A stretch of DNA of 64,000 nt from Chiloscyllium plagiosum (lineage: Eukaryota): assembly GCF_004010195.1 (NCBI RefSeq), contig NC_057759.1, positions 7,893,022-7,957,021 on the forward strand. Reading direction: 5' to 3'. Below the pieces are notes generated by a model. It ran no database searches and was not told the origin of the DNA. It saw only the letters and a program-made list of their open reading frames with translations. Both the position numbers and the translations under genes were made by a program. Of this stretch, positions 59,880-64,000 are shown piece by piece. Position 1 is the first letter of the stretch; every line of letters begins with the position of its first letter.

Positions 59880-60022
59880 TAAAAAAGAAACAGAAAGAAT
59901 TGCGAATGCTGGAAATCAGAAGCAAAAGCAGAAATTGCTGGAAAAGCTTGGTAGGTCTGACAGCATCTGTGGAGAGAAATCAGAGTTAGCATTTTAGGTC
60001 CAGTGACCTTTCCTTAGAACTG
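59880..60022 (-). mobile_element. PLE family 3 terminal repeat with a decayed hammerhead
   Basis: Homologous to 16325-16425; reverse complement agttCTAAGGA-aaggtcactggacct-AAAATGCT-aact. Confidence 0.6.
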
Positions 60023-60039
60023 CAGGTACTGGAGCAAGC

Positions 60040-60580
60040 AAGCAATAGCAAGTGACAGTGGAGGCAATGAATGGTGAGCAATGGAAGGGTTAGGGGAATT
60101 CAAGGTGTAGTGAGGGATGGAGTGAAAGGGTAACAAGAGTAGGAGCGCAAATGTTAATGAGGGAAAGAAATGAGTAGTGAGGGACAGTGGGGCCCAGTGG
60201 TGAGCAATGGGTGGCAAGGGGATAGTGAGAGATAAGAGTTATGAAGGGTTAGTTCTAGTGCCATAGACAGCTACAGCACAGAAAAATGCACATTGTATCC
60301 ACCTAATTATTCTGATCCCTTTTCCAGGACTATGCCTTGGCATTACAAGAGCACATCTAAATACCCCTAAAATATTATAAGGATTTTTACTTCTATCACC
60401 CGGTACAGGAGGGACGAGAGATAGTGAGGGTAGGCAGAATAAAAGGGAAGTGAGGGATGGGACATAAAAAGAGCAGTGAGAGGTGACAGGACAAACAGAA
60501 GTTGGGGTGGGACAATGAAAGGTAGTGGAGGGACAATGAGGATCAAAAGTAGTGAGGAATAGGGGAAGAGGTGTACGGTT
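60040..60580 (+). repeat. GA-rich low-complexity region
   Basis: Recurrent AGTGAGGGA / GGGACA motifs. Confidence 0.6.
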
Positions 60581-60671
60581 AAAATTCCAGAAGGTTAGAA
60601 TTGATGAAATGAAACTCATGTGGAATGAATGGGATGCTACAATGTGTGGGCCAAAGGAAATAGACAAATAA

Positions 60672-63600
60672 AGTCATAGAACTCTACACCGTAGAAACAG
60701 ACCCTTCAGTCCAACTCGTCCATGCTGACCAGATTTAGCTAATCCCATTTGCCAGCATTTAGCCCATATTCCCCCGAAACCCTTTCTGTTCATATACCCA
60801 TCCAGATGCCTTTTGAATGTTGTAATTGTACCAACCTCCACCATTTCCTCTGGCAGCTCATTCCATACACGCATCACCGTCTGCATGAAAAGGTTGCCCC
60901 TCAGGTCCCTTTTAAATCTTTCCCCTCTCACTTTAAACCTAGTTTTGGACTCCTCCAACCCAGGGAAAAGACCTTGGCTATTTGCCCTATCCATGCCCCT
61001 AATAATTTTATAAACCTCTAAGGTTACCCCTCAGCCTCCGATGCTCCAGAAAAAGTAACCCCAGCTTATTCAGGCTCTCCCTATAGTTCAAATGCTCCAA
61101 CCCTGTCAGAATCTTGTAAACCTTTTCTGAACCTTTTCAAGTTTCATAACATCCTTCCTTTAGCAGGGATCACAGAATTGCATGCTGTATTTCAAATATG
61201 GCCTCACCAATGTCCTATACAGCTGCAACATGACCTCCCAACTCAATGCACTAACCAGTAAGGAAAGCATACCAAATGCCTTCTTCACTATCCTTTCCAC
61301 CTGTGACTCCACTTTCAAGGAATTATGAACCTGCACTCCAAGGTCTCTTTGTTCAGCAACACTCCCCAGGACTTTACCATTAAGTGTATAAGTCCTGTCC
61401 TGATTTGCCTTTCCAAAATGCAGTACCTCATGTTTGTCTAAATTAAACTCCATCTGCCACTCCTCGGCCCATTCGCCCATCTGATTGTACTCTGAGGTAA
61501 CCTTCTTCACTGTCGAGAGTGTGGTGCTGGAAAACCACAGCAGGCCAGACAGCATCCGAGGAGCAGGAGAATCAACATTTCAGGCACAAGCCCTTCATCA
61601 GCAACCTTCTTCATTGTCCACTACATCTTCAATTTTGGTGTCATCAGCAAACTTAATAAATATACCTCTTATGTTCACATTTAAATCATTTGTATAAATG
61701 ACGAAAAGCAGTGGACCCAACACCAAACCTTGTGGCACACCACTGGTCACAGGCCTCCAGTCTTAAAAGCAACCCTCCACCACCACTATCTGTCTTCTAC
61801 CTTCGAGCCAGTTCTGTATCCAAATGGCAAGTTCTTCCTCTATTTCATGTGATCTCACTTTTGAGCGACATTGAGGAACCTTGTTGAATGCCTTACTGAA
61901 GTCCACATAAAGCACATCCACTGCTCTGTCCTCATCAATCCTCTTCATTACTACTTCAAAAAATTCAATGGAATTGGTGAGATATGATTTCCCATGCACA
62001 GGGCCACATTGACTATCGGAAATAAGTCCTTTTGCCTTTCCAAATACACACAAATTCTGACCCTCAGGATTCCTTCCAACAACCTACTCTTCAAAAACAC
62101 TGATGTCAGGCTCACTGGTCTATGGTTCCCTAGCTTTTCCTTACCATATTTCTTAAGTAGTCGTTCCCCATTAGTCAACCACCAGTCTTCTGATACCTCA
62201 CTTGTGGCTATTGATGGTACAAATATCTCAGCAAGGGGCCCAGCAATCACTTGCTTAGCTTCCCACAGAGTTCTATGATATGCCTGATCAAGTGTGAGGA
62301 TTTATCTACCTTTATGCGTTTTAAGGCGTCCAGTACCAACACCTCTGTAATATGGACATTTTTCAAAATGTCGCTATTTATTTCCCCATGTTCTCTATCT
62401 TCCATATCCTCCTCCACAGTAAACACTCATGTGAAATACTTGTTTAGTATCTTTCCTCATCTCCTGCAGTTGCACGCATAGACTGCCTTGCTGATCTTTG
62501 AGGGGCCCTATTCTCTCCCTAGTTACCCTTTTGTCCTTTATGTATTTGTAGATTCTCCTTGGCCTTATTTCCCAAAGCTCTCATGTCCCCTTTTTTGCCC
62601 TCCTGATTTCCGTCTTAGTTATATTGTACTGCCTTTATACTGTTCACAAGATTCACTCAATCCCTGCTGTCTATACCTGACCAATGCTTCCTTCTTATTT
62701 TTGACCAAAACATCAATATCTTTGGTCACCCAGCCTTGCCCTCTGCCCTAACAGGTATGTATTATCTCTGGACTCATTTTTGAAGGCTTCCCATGTTCTA
62801 GCTGTCCTTTTACATGCAAACATCCACCCCAAATCAACTTTTGAAAGTTCTTGTTTAGTACCATCAAAATTGACCTTCCTCCAATTCAGATCTTTAAATT
62901 TTAGATCTGGCCTATCCTTTTTCATCACTATTTTAAAACTAATAGAATTAAGGTCGCTGGCCCCAAAGTGCTCCCACACTGACACCTCAGTCACCTGCCC
63001 TGCCTTATTTCCCAAGAGTAGGTCAAGTTTAGCACTTTCTGTGGTAGGTACATCCACATACTGAGTGAGAAACTTTTTATGTACGCACTTAGCAATTTCC
63101 TCTCCATCCAGTCCCAATCTATATTTGGAAAGTTAAAATCTCCTATTGTTCTTACAGGTAACTGAGATCTCTGAACAAAGTTGTTTCTCAATTTCCTGTT
63201 GACTATTCGGGGAGTCTATAGTACAATCCCAAAAAAGGTGATTATACCTTTCTTTAGATTCCCTGCAATGTGCAAACAGGCCCTTCGGCCCAACAAGTCC
63301 ATACTGACCCTCTGAAGAGTAACCCACCCAGACCCATTTCCCTCTGACTAATGCACTTAACACTGTGGGCAATTTAGCATGGCCAATTCACCTGACCTGC
63401 ACATCTTTTGGACTGTGGGAGGAAACCGGAGCACCTGGAGAAAACTCATGCAGACATGGGGAGAATGTGCAAACTGTGAGGCAGCAGTGCTAACCACTGA
63501 GCCACCATGCCGTCCCAATTTCTCTTATTTCTCAATTCCACTCAAATATTTTCCCTGGACGTATTCGCAGGACAATCCTTTCTAATTATATCCGTAACAT

Positions 63601-63820
63601 TGTCTCTAATTGAAAATGCCAATCTCCCTCCTCTGTTGCCACCCCCCCTCCCCAGCAATCCTATCTAAACTGTGGAACATTAAACTGCCAGTTCTGTCCA
63701 TCCCAGAACTGCGTCTCTAATCGCTATGATATCCCAGTCCATTTTTCCATCCTGAATTCATCTGCCTTACCTGTTGGGCTTCTTGCATTGAAATAAATGC
63801 AGTTTAATTTCTCAGTCCTA
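60672..63820 (-). mobile_element. Long CR1/HER1 ORF2 (APE to 3' end), interrupted by PLE arm I (61515-61602) and an HE1 SINE (about 63255-63515)
   Basis: [35 protein letters not shown]; arm I TSD AACCTTCTTCAYTGTC at 61499-61514 and 61603-61618. Confidence 0.88.
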
Positions 63821-63859
63821 AATGAAACTGAGGAGATTTCAGAACAAGGGAAATTATAG

Positions 63860-64000
63860 CATAGAATGTCCACCATGCGGAAGCAGGCCATTCAACCCAT
63901 CGAGTCCACACTGACCATCTGAGAACATCTGACCCAAACCCACCCTATCCTTGCAAGTCTGCATTTTCCATGACTAATCCACCTAGCCTGCATGTACCTG
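63860..64000 (-). mobile_element. HE1-like SINE 3' part, cut by the window edge
   Basis: gcaggccattcaaccc...gactaatccacctagcctgca. Confidence 0.65.

Noticed and set aside
5582..63191. Many RT-like ORFs as a retron, DGR or other novel RT system
   Set aside because: All are fragmented CR1 or Rex1 ORF2 pieces with typical LINE 3' tails.

Overview
Vertebrate genomic DNA, almost certainly from a cartilaginous fish (shark/ray; inferred from HE1-type SINEs and HER1/CR1 LINEs). The window holds 17 consecutive internal coding exons (+ strand, 3587-59755, all GT-AG, 2809 nt spliced, one open frame) of HERC1, covering the first RCC1-like domain and the region after it. Neither end of the gene is in the window. 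The introns are mostly decayed retroelements: many CR1/HER1 LINE fragments (one near-full-length with a zinc-finger plus SGNH-esterase ORF1), HE1 SINEs, two Rex1/Babar fragments, a probable solo LTR and a Tigger-like MITE. The most notable signal is a set of Penelope-like element (PLE) remnants from three families carrying minimal hammerhead-ribozyme motifs (CUGANGA-stem II-GAAA-palindrome-UH). One family has spread as 90-220 bp hairpin or solo-arm inserts with 13-16 bp target-site duplications and a fixed breakpoint. Also seen: a 320-bp inverted duplication inserted into a SINE, an 84-bp templated insertion, a tRNA-headed LINE with an apparent SINE derivative, and an inverted SINE pair bracketing an in-frame 1104-nt exon block. 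Repeat boundaries are read by eye and are approximate.
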